A stretch of DNA of 64,000 nt, from NCBI RefSeq assembly GCF_018977255.1, contig NW_024704743.1, positions 33,048,001 to 33,112,000 on the forward strand, in the 5' to 3' direction. Position numbers and translations under genes: made by a program. The notes under the pieces are model-generated. The model was given only the letters and a program-made list of their open reading frames with translations. It ran no database searches and was not told the DNA's origin. Of the stretch, positions 26,071 through 38,504 are shown one piece after another. How positions within the stretch are numbered: the stretch's first letter is position 1; each line of letters begins with the position of its first letter. The stretch is from Callorhinchus milii. Taxonomy: Eukaryota.

Positions 26071-26754
26071 TATACAAATGATGAATGATTGTCAAAGTGA
26101 CGAAAAGTTCTCTGGATCAAATACAAAGCCATGTAAAGTTCAGGGATCATTTTTCTGCAAAGCATATGCTAAGTGTTATCTGGAGAAACTGATGCCATTG
26201 ACTGAGGTGACATTGTGAGAAACTAGCTTGGAGAGAGGAGGGAAGAGAAATTGTACCAAAAAATAAGAAATGAGCTAAATGCCTTCAGCAAAGGAGACAA
26301 AAGGAAACTGCGAGACAAGAAAAACAGCAGGAAAGCACCTGTTATGCTGCACCAAGATTCAATCTACAACAACAACAAGATTACATTTGTATAGCGCCTT
26401 TCATGTCAGGAGGATGTCCCATGCTGGACAAAGTACAGCATTTCAGACCAATATAAGATTAAATGTAGAGTTCTTTACTGTACATTTTAAAAAAAATATA
26501 TTTTCATACTTTTCTCATCTATATGTAGGAAGACATAATATAAACTAACTGTCAGAGATTATGGAAGCATCATATTATGTAAAGAAATTTTGTGATGAAT
26601 CAGGAGCATTGTTTTTTTGTACAGTCTAAATTTCTTACCAGAAATTTAACCCAAACAAAGTTTCAGATTTTACTTGACTGACAACATGTGTGTATAGAAG
26701 CTTTAAACATCCCATACCATTTCCAACTAGAAACGGTAAGTTGTTCCCTTTCAA

Positions 26755-27880
26755 CAACAAATTGCATTTATATAGACTTTCACATCGGGAGGACATCCCA
26801 AGATACAGGACAGTGAAGGGTTTGCACCTGAATTGGGAATCGGAGTCAAGAGGGATGGAGGTAGGAAGTTGAGCGAAGGTGCAATTGAAGAGAATGTCTT
26901 GAGACGGGCCTTGAAGGGGGCAAGGTAGTGAGGAAGGTGGAGAGTCTCGGGATGGAGTTCCAGTGGGGTGAGGGCAGAAAGGCTGAAGGCCCAACCTCCG
27001 ATGTGTAACGGGCAGAGCAGGGACATGGAGGAGGCCAGTGCTTGCCAAGTGGAGGGAGAGGACAGGTTGGTAAAGGTTTAGTAGGTTGCAGAGGTAGGGA
27101 GGAGCAAGACCGTGGAGGGATTTAAACGTTTATTATGGTTAGTCGAGTATCTGACACATGTGGAAACCCATCACCATACTTAAAAGAGTATCCAACCCAA
27201 GCTGATATTTCCATGCAGCCCACATACACATGCAAATATCAGGGATAGATTATTGGAATGGAATGCACACTCGCTTCCTGCAGGGATTTACCTAATCCTG
27301 CTTACCCAATTCTGGAAAGATTAGGCGCAGGTTGGCAAGAGCCAAGGCTTGGGGACCACAGAGTGTACGTTGGGTACTGCTGGAATCTAACCAGCTAAAA
27401 CCACATAGCTTGCCATTGATACTGCTTTCCCGCTATTTCTCCAGCTAGGACCCCATCCCGTTAGGGCTTTGGCTTGTAGAGCTAACAGAAGCTGAATGCA
27501 ATGACTCCCTGACCCCAGTGATTGGTCTGCCCTTCCCGGACTTGCTAATGAACCAGACTGGCTGTGCTGTCATCAGCAATGCCCTGGAATACTGCGGACC
27601 CAACTGGCTCAGGAACCAGACTACCAAGACTGCCACAGAGGGTTGGCTCGACTCCGAAATTCCATTGCCAGGCATGTCACCTTGGAGCCAGTTCAGCTCC
27701 AAGGAGACCCCACGTATCCCCTCCCCCCATGAGGATAAGTTTTAAAGGTGAGGATGAGGATCTGGAACTCGATCCACTGGGAAATGGGGAGCCAGTGAAG
27801 CTGGGCGAGGATGTGGGAGAGGACACAAGCTGCAGTTCAGGGAGCAGGGAGTTAGCATAATCAAGCCTGATGTAATGAAG
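26755..27880 (-). mobile_element. L2 3' fragment interrupted at 27127..27740 by family X
   Basis: L2 sequence cgtggagggatttaaa resumes as tttaaaggtgaggatgagg..ggagccagtgaag (LHWLP) after the insert. Confidence 0.85.
27127..27740 (-). mobile_element. Unclassified ~600-bp family X, longest copy
   Basis: Flanked by tttaaa on both sides (27121, 27741); homologous to 20680, 24224, 35364, 47051, 54120, 55548 and 57711; orientation inferred from the A-rich tail and truncation pattern. Confidence 0.8.
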
Positions 27881-28775
27881 GCGTAATAAAACAATCCGTT
27901 TTTGTTTATGTCCATTAACCCTTTAATTATTATAATCATCCTTGAAAGTTGAACCTGGGGTCATTTTGACAATCATAATAAAACATCCAAGACTAAATGA
28001 AGAACTGGTGCAATTATTATAGTCAATGCCTCATCAATCAGAACAGAAGATAATTGTGAACAAGGTGTTGCTTCATTAGTAAATTAAATTTTGCCCCTTA
28101 TTCTCAGCAGATTACAATTCTTGCTTAATGTGAGGTTTCAAAGATGTCTCCTTCCATGCTTCAGAACTACAAGCCTTCTGCTTCCAACCTCAAAACAAGA
28201 GAGCTTTTCCTTCCCCTTTCTTCTTCAGTTTGGCTCGGTTGGTAGCACTCTCAGCTCTGGGTCAGAAGGTTGTAGGTTCAAATCCCATGCCTGGACATAA
28301 GGTCGTAATCTAGGCTGACATGCCAGTCAGCACTGAGGGAACATTGCATTCCTTCAGATGACACATAAAACTAAGGTTCTGACAGTTCAAGTGGATATTA
28401 ACAATCCCATTTAACTATTTTGAAGAGGAAGAAGTTCTCATCAACAACCCAACAAATACACACATTCATCCAAACTCACCGAAACAAGATTAATGCTGAA
28501 GGTTCTTTATCTGTGGTTCTTTGGTTCTGTGCATATGGTAGAATGCAGGCATACATTAGGCTTTGCCTAAGTAATAGTCACTACAAAAAATAACTTGTAT
28601 GCATTCAAGACAATTTGTGATGAGCTACAGGAAGGGGTGAGGCAGAAGGGCTCCAAAATATACAGCCTACAAAATATACAATCAATTCACTTTACAGTAT
28701 GTTATGTGAGGCGCTTTGAGACGTTTCAATTTGATAAGTGCTATGTCAAATATAAGGTTTATTATTATATAAATA

Positions 28776-29093
28776 CAATAGAACCTCACTAATCCGGTCA
28801 CTGTAGTGACTGGCCAAAGGTGACCCACTTAGTGAACTGAACTGATTATTGAAACAGGCCTAGCGCACTGTGTACAGGTTAATAGCGGAGGGGGGTGTTT
28901 GTACTGAGGTTGAAGTGGACAAGGGCGCTGTAGTGGTCGCAATCAATGACCGTTGTCCTGAATAGTGAGGTGCCCGGTTTACTGAGGCAGACAGCTTATC
29001 TTTTAACATTGACAATAAAAGAGTCTGGGAAAATGTGCCTGCATTTGTAAAGTGGCTGGATTACCAAGCTGACCGCAGTCTGGGTTTCTACTA
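28776..29093. mobile_element. Tc1/mariner (pogo/Tigger-like) non-autonomous DNA transposon
   Basis: TA|caatagaacctc ... gggtttctacta|TA: degenerate CAGTAGAACC-type terminal inverted repeats with TA flanks. Confidence 0.65.
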
Positions 29094-29164
29094 TACTAGT
29101 ATTTCTCCAATTTATTTATAATTGGATGAATCAAGGTCTAATACTGTTCAATACGGCGTTGACT

Positions 29165-29598
29165 CAGCTTGGCTCAGTAGAAGCACTCTCACCTGAGTCA
29201 GAAAGTTGTGGGTTCAAGCTCCACGTTGGGACTTGAACTCACATAGTCTAAGCTGACCCTCTAATGCAGTGCTGGGGGTGGGTGGGGTGTGGCATTATCA
29301 AAGGTGCCATCCTTTGGATGAGGGAGATTAAACCAAGGTCCCGTCAGCCTGTTCGGATGGAAGTTAAAGATCCCACGGCACTATTCAACAAAAGGGAGCT
29401 TCTTCTGGTGTCCTGGCAACAATCCTTCAAATAAAATTGGTCATTCGTTTCATGGCTGTTTGTGGGACATTGCTGCGTGCAATTGTGCTGCTGCATTTGC
29501 CTACAAATACAGAGTCACTCCATTTCACAGTAATTCCTGTGAAGCGTTTTTGAAGCGTCCTTCCAACGTGATAAGGTGCTATACAAAATGCAAAATAC
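29165..29598 (+). mobile_element. Deu-domain SINE, near full length
   Basis: tRNA-like head ttggctcagtag..gggttcaagctcc; core ggtgccatcctttggatgag..ttaaaccaaggtcccgtc..gatcccacggcac; tail ataaggtgctatacaaaatgcaa. Confidence 0.8.
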
Positions 29599-30399
29599 AA
29601 AATTTCCTCACAGCTCATTCCTCTAACACTGGGTATTAGCCTCATTGTTCTCCTCTGCATTACCCCTGTTACCTGAGTGACCTCCCTATGTTTTGGCAGC
29701 AGAATCACTACATTAACAGAGCAGCTCCTTTATACACACAGAAAACCGTGAATGATCAAAGTTGCATCTCTGCCTACATAAGAAGCAGTCTCCTGCAGGT
29801 CTTACTGGGATCTAGTGCTGGGTTACTCATACAATCCCTACTGGCAATGTAATGATGAAAACATTGCTAAACCTGTACATTGCATTATCACATGAAAATC
29901 ATTTCTCCCAACTGTCAGCTCTGGTTGCATAGTCTGGCAACATCTTTTAGAATGGATGCCAAGACTACAAATGCACAATACAATAAATTTTCTTTTGATA
30001 AAATAAACTGAAGCTGATGCAATTTCAGCAGTTGCTTTCCTCTCCACAGGAAGCAAAGAACATTCTCTGAAGCTATTATTCTGCATAAATAAACCCAGGC
30101 ACTTCCATTTGAGTGTTCTTTAGGTACGAAGGTAGGTAAGGTATTTCATTTAGAAGAGTGAAGGAAATACCCTTTTTGAAGTTGTGCGGAAACCAATACT
30201 CCAAAAATCTGACAGATCTTATGATGCTTTCTTTACATTAGGTACCAGAGCACATGGGGAGGAACAGGAAAGCAAGGAAACAGGAACACTATGCCTCAGT
30301 CGCTGATCTAATACAATCTGTGATGCAAATGCACAGCATTTTAATACACTTCTCAATCAAGACGATTGTACATCTTTGTAAGTGCTAAAAATAGCAACT

Positions 30400-31440
30400 A
30401 TAATGGTTATAACAAGTCCTTCACAATCCATCACCTCACCGTCGAGGAAAACATCAACATCCTTGCCCTCACCGAAACCTGGGTCACCCCAGGCAACACC
30501 TTCCCACTAGTTGAGGCCACATCTCCAGGTTACACCTTTCACCAAGCCCCATGGCCTAATCACCGTGGCAGTGGTGTGGCTCTCTTCTCCCGGTCCCCCC
30601 TCGGCCTTTCCCCTTACTCCTCCGGAACCTTCCCCTCCTTTGCACACCTTACCCTCTACCACCCTCCAGGCTTTCCTTCAAAATCCTCCTGGTTTACCAT
30701 CCCCCCAACCCTTCCCCCACCTTCCTCTCGGACATCTCCACCCTCTTATCTTCTCTCTCCCTCTGCTCTGAACGCCTCCTTACCTTAGGCGACTTCAACC
30801 TCCACTTCACCCCCTCCTGCTCTACCTCTGCCGACTTCTCCTCCCTCCTCTCTTCCCTCAACCTCTCCCTCCTCATCCACTCCCCCACCCACGACCATGG
30901 CCACCCCCTTGATCTGGTGATCACCTGGGGCCTCACCATCGTCGATAAAGCCATCTCAGACCACCACTTCATCTCCCTTAACACCTCAATACCCCTTTCC
31001 CTTTCCCAACCCTCCACCATTACATACCGTCCATGGAAAAAAATGTCCTCCCTCTCCCTTGCCCCGGAGTCATTTGAACTCCTACACCTCTGGCTCTCAC
31101 TGACTGATCTCCCCTCCTCACTCTCCTTTCTCCACAACTCCCTCTCCTCCATTCTGGACTCCCTTGCCCCCTTCACCTCCCGAATTGCCTCATACTCCCT
31201 TAAATTCCCTTGATACACCAGCCATCTCTTTCCCTCAAGGCACAAGTGCGAGCTGCCGAACGCGCCTGGACCAAATCCAAACTAACGATCCATCGGCAGA
31301 TCTAGCTTCACCATACCAAGACCTACCGCTGATCTCTTGCCTCCGCCAAATCCTCCTTCTACTCCAAGGTTATCTTGGTGGCAAAGGACAACCCCAGGCT
31401 TCTCTTTTCACCACTAACCGTCTCCTCCGTCCACCTTCCC
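30400..31440 (+). mobile_element. L2 LINE ORF2 5' fragment: decayed AP-endonuclease domain
   Basis: Motifs NILALTETW, GSGVA, LGDFNLH, PTHDHGHPLDLVIT and ISDHH spread across frameshifted frames. Confidence 0.88.
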
Positions 31441-32115
31441 ATATTGTTTTAACATCTCAAGGTGCTTCACAGAATATACAGTAAAGTGAATTGACTATTT
31501 ACTTTGTGGGCGAAACGCGACTGCCAATTGCACACAGCAGTGTCCGACAAACAGTCATGGATTGAGTGACCAAATTATCACAATTTTCACTGTAGATGTG
31601 CAAGTTACCTCAATTGCCAAAAACATCCTGGTATATAAACTGAAGTCTACAGTTGTGAAACAGAAGACATTAACTTCTCACAGGATTCATTTTCAGTCTG
31701 CTGCCGTTTTGTTAATATTTCAAACCAAATCTTTTGCATCAAGTTAAATTTTTTTTACAAAGAATGTACAGACTCCTCAACCCAGAGGAAACAGGCTATT
31801 GCCATCAATTACTTTGTGTTATTTATGGCTTCCATCTACCTCCTCCTACAGCACTGAGGATCCTTTTTATTGATCTGTCACTTGTAATGAATTTGTGAGA
31901 CATGTACTGGAGTTACAACTTGGCAATCGCCATTGAAAAAGGAAATGAGCTCATTGTAAAAAGATATAAGATCCAAATGATATTGTGAGCATTCTTCATG
32001 TATATGATCCTGATGGGATATGTTACTTATACACTATTACAGAAAAAAGTCTTTTGCAACTAATTCCTCTGCTGCAATGATTTCATTTACTTTACGCAGG
32101 AAAGACTTGACCACA

Positions 32116-32429
32116 ATAATAATATTCATTGCATTTGATATAGCGCCTTATCACATCTTCAAGATGTCTCAAAGCGCTTCACAGAATATACTGTAAATTG
32201 AATTGACTGTTTGTGTCCCACAAACTGAGTGACCAATTTTTTTAAAAGGAGTTATTACCCCCGGAATATCGATCTGACAATCGAATAACAACCAGGTTCC
32301 TACTTACTGCTGGGTAAACCGAGGCGTATAGAGAAAGGAAACTTACCCAACGTTTCACCCTGTCGGGAATCAAACCCAGGTCTCTCGCCTGTGAGGCGAG
32401 TGCTCTAACCACTGAGCTACAGGACTCCA
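32116..32429 (-). mobile_element. SINE family A, with head and tail
   Basis: Head GGAGTCCTGTAGCTCAGTGGTTAGAGCACTCGCCTCACAGGCGAG..GGTTTGATTCC; standard tail. Confidence 0.9.
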
Positions 32430-32850
32430 CAGTCCTCCACAGAAAATGAATTTGATCCACAAGGAGAGAGTAGGCAAATGTTTATTTATTTTTATTGTTG
32501 TTATGTGGCTGTCCGGAGGTCTGGTGATGTTACATTGCATGTTAGAGTTCACGACAATAAATCTACACAATAAATCTAAAATGTAAGAATGTGGATTATC
32601 AGCAACTAGTTTCTTCACATGGCAAGTTTCCAGTCTTGGTCCAGGTCTCAGTGAAAGTCATACAAGGGGTAAGGTAAGTCAGTCTTCACCATCTATCCTC
32701 ACTTGAGAATAGATTTGGAAATAAAGAGACTTGCACATCCACAGCGCAAGTCACATCAACTTACCCTCATGCTCGTTGCAGCAGGTAGCTAAAAGAAGCA
32801 CTGACTAAAACTAGGAGCAGATTGCTATTTCAATGCCAGCAAATGTTTCA

Positions 32851-33170
32851 TAATAATAATCCTTGCATCTGATATAGTTCCTTATCACGTCTTCGAGACG
32901 TCTCAAAGTGCTTCACAGAATATACTGTAAAGTGGATGACTGTATATTTTGTAGGTGAAACACAGCAGCCAATTGCACGCAGCAGTGTTCCACAAAGAGT
33001 CGAGGATTGAAGTGATCATTTTTTTTATAAAGGAATTATCACCCACGGAAAAGCGATTTGCCAATCAACTAACAACCAAGTTCCTACTTACTGCTAGGTA
33101 ACCAGAGGCATGTGGAGTAAGGAAACATGCCCAACATTTCGCCCTGCCGGGAATCAAACCCAGGTTTTTC
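32851..33170 (-). mobile_element. SINE family A, 5' part of head missing
   Basis: Body and tail align with the other family A copies. Confidence 0.85.
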
Positions 33171-33586
33171 ACTTGGTGGAGAAAAGAGACAGAAAGAACC
33201 ACACGAAAATTGAGCCGTAATTTTGTTCAAAAAAATTTGACCTTCAATCCAGTTAAGAGACAGACAATTCCGTAAAATTAAGTCCAACATAATCAAAACG
33301 TTTGCATTTTTCAACAGCAAAGAAAAAAACTTTTGCGCAGAGATTTTGAATAGGCATTTTTTTTTAAAATCACAAAGCTACAGACTTCCACTTTACATTC
33401 TCCTGATCAAACCGTTGCATCTCTGAGACATTTCAACAGTGAAAATATCGTCCGTCTCTCCCCCCACGCAGAAGTATGATTTACATAGAAATTTTGCTGA
33501 TCAACAAACTTAGTCATTACATATACCAGACTAATTTCTAATGATTCCATTTCAGACTGATCTCTTTTCGCAAATTGAGAACTGAC

Positions 33587-33646
33587 CTGCCCAGGCTTGC
33601 AACAGCTTACTCCTTGAATCTCCAGATAGTTGAAAGTGAGTTCCAG
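33587..33646 (-). CDS. CARMIL1: CARMIL1 exon (human exon 4 equivalent), LELTFNYLEIQGVSCCKPGQ
   Basis: 60 nt; acceptor ATATAG after a pyrimidine tract, donor GTCAGT; matches human [20 protein letters not shown]. Confidence 0.95.
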
Positions 33647-35363
33647 CTATATGAGAAGAGAAAAAAAATCCAAAGGTGAGATTACTATGCAATGGCTAAA
33701 TGCTCACTGTGTGTGTACTGAGACAGCATATGTTCGAGATTCCAAAATTACCTGAATTAAGAACAGACCACACAATGGGGTCAATTTAAAGATGCATTCA
33801 ATATCGATCACATTGAATGTACCCAAGTATGCTGGAGGTGGATCTCCAGACCACATTCTCACCGGCTTTTTACTAAGACCAAAACCCAAGCATAGTCGGT
33901 ATCCCATTAACCTGCAGTCAACAGCACCATTCAGAAATCCAATACTTCTTCGACAGCTCAACTAAGAACAGAGATTGATGTGTATGCGCATGTGTGGTGG
34001 GCACAGGAAGTTGGGAGGATGGAGTGGTGGGGGGGGACAGGGGTGCGGGGGTTTGCAGACTTATATACTGGAAAGCATTCAGTGTGATAAATATTAAATG
34101 CATCCCTAGGCTATCTTCATTATATTGATCGCATGACTATAATAATAATAGCTTCACAGTATTTACTGTAAGATGTAGTGACTGTATTTTGTAGGCAAAT
34201 GCGCAACAAGTGTAGCCACATATTTATAAAGCTAAGAATGGATAATGAAACACTAGTGATAATCGGAGCAGCATGCTTGTTCTGACTCCATTACAGCTTG
34301 CTCATCTTGCACATTTCGGTCATGGAGAAAGCTAATGGCCTAACAAGAAGAATCACTGCATCTCAATGCGTGAACAAGACTCTCAGACTTTGTGGAAGAC
34401 TCCAATGCAATGGTAAGGGATGCTTCATTACAGCTCAGAAATGCAAATGAAAAACAAGCTTAGTGATGCAGATTGTACAAGCAGAAATAAAACATGAAAG
34501 CATTTGTTCACCAACTACAGCAGCAGCAGCTCGGAAATTCCAACCATCAGAGACACAAAATTAGGTTAAAAGTACATCTGGAACAGGACTACAGTACGCA
34601 TGTGTCCCAATCGTCAATTAAACCTTTGTAGCTTTCCCAAAACAAGAAAGTGACAGGCAACTTATGGGCAATACTGCTCGAGCCATCCACTAGGAGGTGC
34701 ACCGTAGAAAAGAAGGCAAAATCTCCATTTAACATGTCCCACTGTTAGCTCAGTGGAGATCAGGGAGTCATTCCACATTCACATTCCACTACTATATTAT
34801 GTGCTGCAGTTCTATTAAAGTGGGGATTTATTTTAGTATTCAACACCCAATACAGAAGCAGAGTGAGTACACTGCATATATTTACATCTTTGCTAGGAGA
34901 AGCACAAGGCCATGAATTTCAAGTCCTCTCTGTGAAGCATGCAAAATGCATCACCATCACCCCTACCACAGTGTTCAGTTTTAACTCTTGCATCAGACAC
35001 ATACCTTAGTAATGAAGAGCTAATGAATGGGCTGTGACCAAAATATGCACGAAGCCTTCAGATATGGCTATGTAATGCTTTTCAACACAGTTTCAGTGTG
35101 TTTACACATGACAAGAGGTTTAATGAACCATCCAGAAAGGGTTTGTGGTCTCCTCTCTCCCCCCCCCCCCCCCCCCCAGCTAAGAAAAGGTGAGCACCTT
35201 TCTTTGACAATTACTGAGCAAATTTCCTTCACCCTCATCAAAGAGTTTCATTTCCTGTTATTAATCGGGAAGAAAGTATTAGACAAAACATTACAACATT
35301 CGAATAAAACAAGTCAAATATTTGATTTGTCTGTAGTTTTGAACTTTGTGTGTAATTTTTTTT

Positions 35364-35660
35364 GTTCAAACGGGTGTCTGACATACATGGAAACTCATCA
35401 CCATGCTTAAAGAGTATCCAACCCAAGCTGAGATTTCCATGCATCCCACCTACACATGGAAATCCCAGAGACAGATTGTTGGAATGGAATGCGCACTCTC
35501 TCCCTGGAAGGACACATCCTGCTCACCGAATTCCAGAAGGTATTAGCCTCAGGTTGTCAACAGCCAAGGCCTGGGGAGTCCAGAGTGTGCATTGGGTACT
35601 GCTGTTGTGTAACTAGCTAAAACCGCATAGCCTGCCATTGATATTGCTGTCCAGCAAGTT
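35364..35660 (-). mobile_element. Family X partial copy
   Basis: cgggtgtctgacatacatggaaactcatcaccatgcttaaagagtatccaacccaagctg.. aligns with 27140..27430. Confidence 0.85.
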
Positions 35661-36239
35661 TTTCCCCTTGCCAGATGAAGCTTCGCGCACAAAATATGCA
35701 GTCAATTCACTTTACAGTATATTCTGTGAAGTGCTTTGAGACATCTCGAAGATGTGATAAGGAACTATATGAAATGCAAGGATTATTATTATTTCAAACC
35801 CCTGAACTTGACAAGATTACTTATTCAGGAAACTTTACTTTCTCATCTGGACAATTACTGGAAATATTTGAACTGCCACAAAGTCATTGTGTATATAAAA
35901 GAGTATTCTCATGGGATGGATATGTGCACATATTGGTACTGCAGAATCAAACTACACTAACATTTAAAAAAAACACATCAGTCCATGTAACAAGTTTAAA
36001 TATATGTTATAAAAAGCTCATGTGACAGCTTCTTTTAAGAAATGACCTCCTTCCTATACACTTCAAATCTGACTCACCCAATCTGCATTGCATGTGATGA
36101 CCTGTTTATATAAATATTCAGGGCTCCTTTTCTGGTTTTATTTTGTCAGTTTTATTCTATTTTTTCCCCTTCCCTTCTCATTTTAACGGCAACAATTCTC
36201 ATTTATAAAGCAGTCGTCTCCTGTGTTGTAAATTTCTTT

Positions 36240-36610
36240 GGTTATGGGAGGTGACTATAGGCAGCGTCCAAGAGAAAAATCTTCAGTGTATTTGAACGCA
36301 GGTAAGATGGAGGCAGAGACAGAGATGCAGGGAGTGATGGCTGAAAGCATGGCTCCTGACAATGGAGCGGAGTAATCGATGGATGTGCAGAAGGCCCGAG
36401 CTAGCCAGAGCGAAGGATTTGGATAGAGGAGTGTGGTGTTAGCAGGTTAGAGAGGTGCTAGGGTATGGAGTGCTTTATAGATGTGTGAGGATCTTGAAAT
36501 CTCCTCGTTCTATGACAGGAAGCCAATGGAGCCTGGTAAGGACTGGCGTAATGCCCGGGTGTGGAGTTTGGTACGGGTGAGGATACAGGAGGCGGAATTC
36601 TGAATCCGTT
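36240..36610 (-). mobile_element. L2 3' fragment (old)
   Basis: aggaagccaatggag (LHWLP) and gaattctgaat (IQNS) motifs on the reverse strand. Confidence 0.75.
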
Positions 36611-37523
36611 TAACCATCAATCTCCCGAAGAAGCCGCATTCCTTTTTTATCTAGTGGAGGGCAGCTCCACAAATTCCGGCTACCACTCACCCTCCACCCA
36701 CCCAGTGGCCATTACTCAGTTGTGACTTTCCAGGCTGATCGGTCATGGTGGGTAAAGTGGGGGTGTGGGGAGAAAATTTAAACGAAAAAAATCCACAACC
36801 AACACCGATCCTATCCTCACCCTGTCCTGCTCACTATCTAGCAGGGAACGAGAATTTCCATTATTTAAACCCAAGATGCCAATTATAGCCACGATTGCTG
36901 AGGTCAGCTTTTCGGCATTGACTGGGATTCGATCTTATAACCTTTCTATCTGACTGACCCGGTACTCATCAGGTGGGCCGTGCCTTTGCTAACTAAGTCG
37001 TAACGGAACTGCACATTTTCTTTAACTCTTGAAAATCATGGGCTTCAAGAATCAGCATGAACTTTGACGTCAGCTTTCTAAATTCAGACATTTTCCTCCC
37101 CAGTGCACTTCTCTACATCCCCCAGAGAATACTGTAAAAATGCCACATAACCGCACACTGGAAGATATGGACTTGTGTACATGTCAGTGTATAATAATAA
37201 ATAATAATAATAATCCTTGCATTTGATATAGCGCTCCGTGACATCATCGATACGTCTCAAAACGCTTCACAGAATACAATGCAAAGGGAAGCGACTGTGC
37301 ATCTTGTGGGTGAAACGCGGCAACCAATTGTGCACAGCAGCGCCCCATAAACAGTCAAGGACCAAGCAACCAAAAGTCATAAATTTTGGTAGGGATTTTT
37401 ACCCCAGGAAAGCGATCCACCAATCCACCAACAACCGGCTATCTGTATCCAGTGATTAATTTGTCTAGAGGAAACATGACACTATGTGTTTGGTTAAACT
37501 GCTTCATGTGTGTTGTGAATGGG

Positions 37524-37965
37524 AACAACAACTTGCATTTGTATAGCACCCCTTATACAGGGTAGCTTCCCAGAGAGCTTGACAGTGGTGGAGCATGACC
37601 CGAGCTGGGGGGGAATGTGACTATAGGTATAATCGAAGACGAAGGTCTTCAGGCGCAACCTGAAGGTGGGGAAGGAATAGGCAAGGTGGAGGGATAGAGA
37701 AAGAGCATTCCAGAGTTTCAAGGCATAGTAGCTGAAAGCGCGACCACTGATGGGTGAATGGAGGTCATGAAGGACAAGCAGGAGGCTGGAGCCAGTCGAG
37801 CGGAAGCAGGGGGCTGTGGGTTGGGGAGTAAGCAGGTTGGCGATATAGGGAGGTGTCAGGGCAAGAAGGGATTTGAAAACGAGTGTGAGGAACTTGATAG
37901 GGAGCCGGTTCAGCCTGACTAGAACTGGTGTGATAGGGGGGTATGGAGTTTGATACAGGTGAGTA
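37524..37965 (-). mobile_element. L2 3' fragment
   Basis: ORF 37494..38042 ITPVLVRLNRLPIKF..GRAFSYYALKLWNAL; tail gctatacaaatgcaagttgttg. Confidence 0.88.
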
Positions 37966-38055
37966 TGTGAGCATCGGAGTTTTGGGTCAGGATTAATGGA
38001 ACGTGGTTTTAATGATGTGGGAGTGAACAGAGTATGAACCAAGTAAGTACAAGAT

Positions 38056-38125
38056 TAGAGAGAGAGAGAGAAAAAGAGACAGATGCACAGTTACCAATGC
38101 AGAGAGAGAGAGAGAGAGAGAGAGA
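38056..38125. repeat. (GA)n microsatellites
   Basis: Two AG runs at about 38057-38071 and 38101-38125. Confidence 0.9.
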
Positions 38126-38504
38126 TAAACAGGCACACAGACACGGTTTTCAATTATTCAATCTCAATTAGTGTACATATTGGGGTCTCTACTGAAATAT
38201 ACCAAATATATACTGATACGAGACAACTCTAAATATATAATAAAAACATTTTAAAATTATTTAACTAAATTTTGTAGCAGTCCAACTAGACCTGACAGAA
38301 CGGCTCTTTGCCATGAGTGAGAGGACCTCATTTACTCAGCCCCTACCATTTCCATTACCACAGCCACTCACGCATACGACTTCATTCAGCCCACAGTCAA
38401 ACATGCTTTCATATGCTCTGAGCTAAAAGCTTCATGTTTAGACTGACAAAGATGAGTAACTGGAGCAGAAATGGTTTGAGAATAATGAATAAGCATGAAA
38501 CAAT

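Noticed and set aside
27136..27190. Hammerhead ribozyme in the family X terminus (CTGA...GAAAC)
   Set aside because: The sequence is CTGACAC, not the required CTGANGA core, and the stems do not form
34011..34052. G-quadruplex-capable G runs upstream of exon 4
   Set aside because: Low-complexity tract on the template strand with no supporting evidence of function
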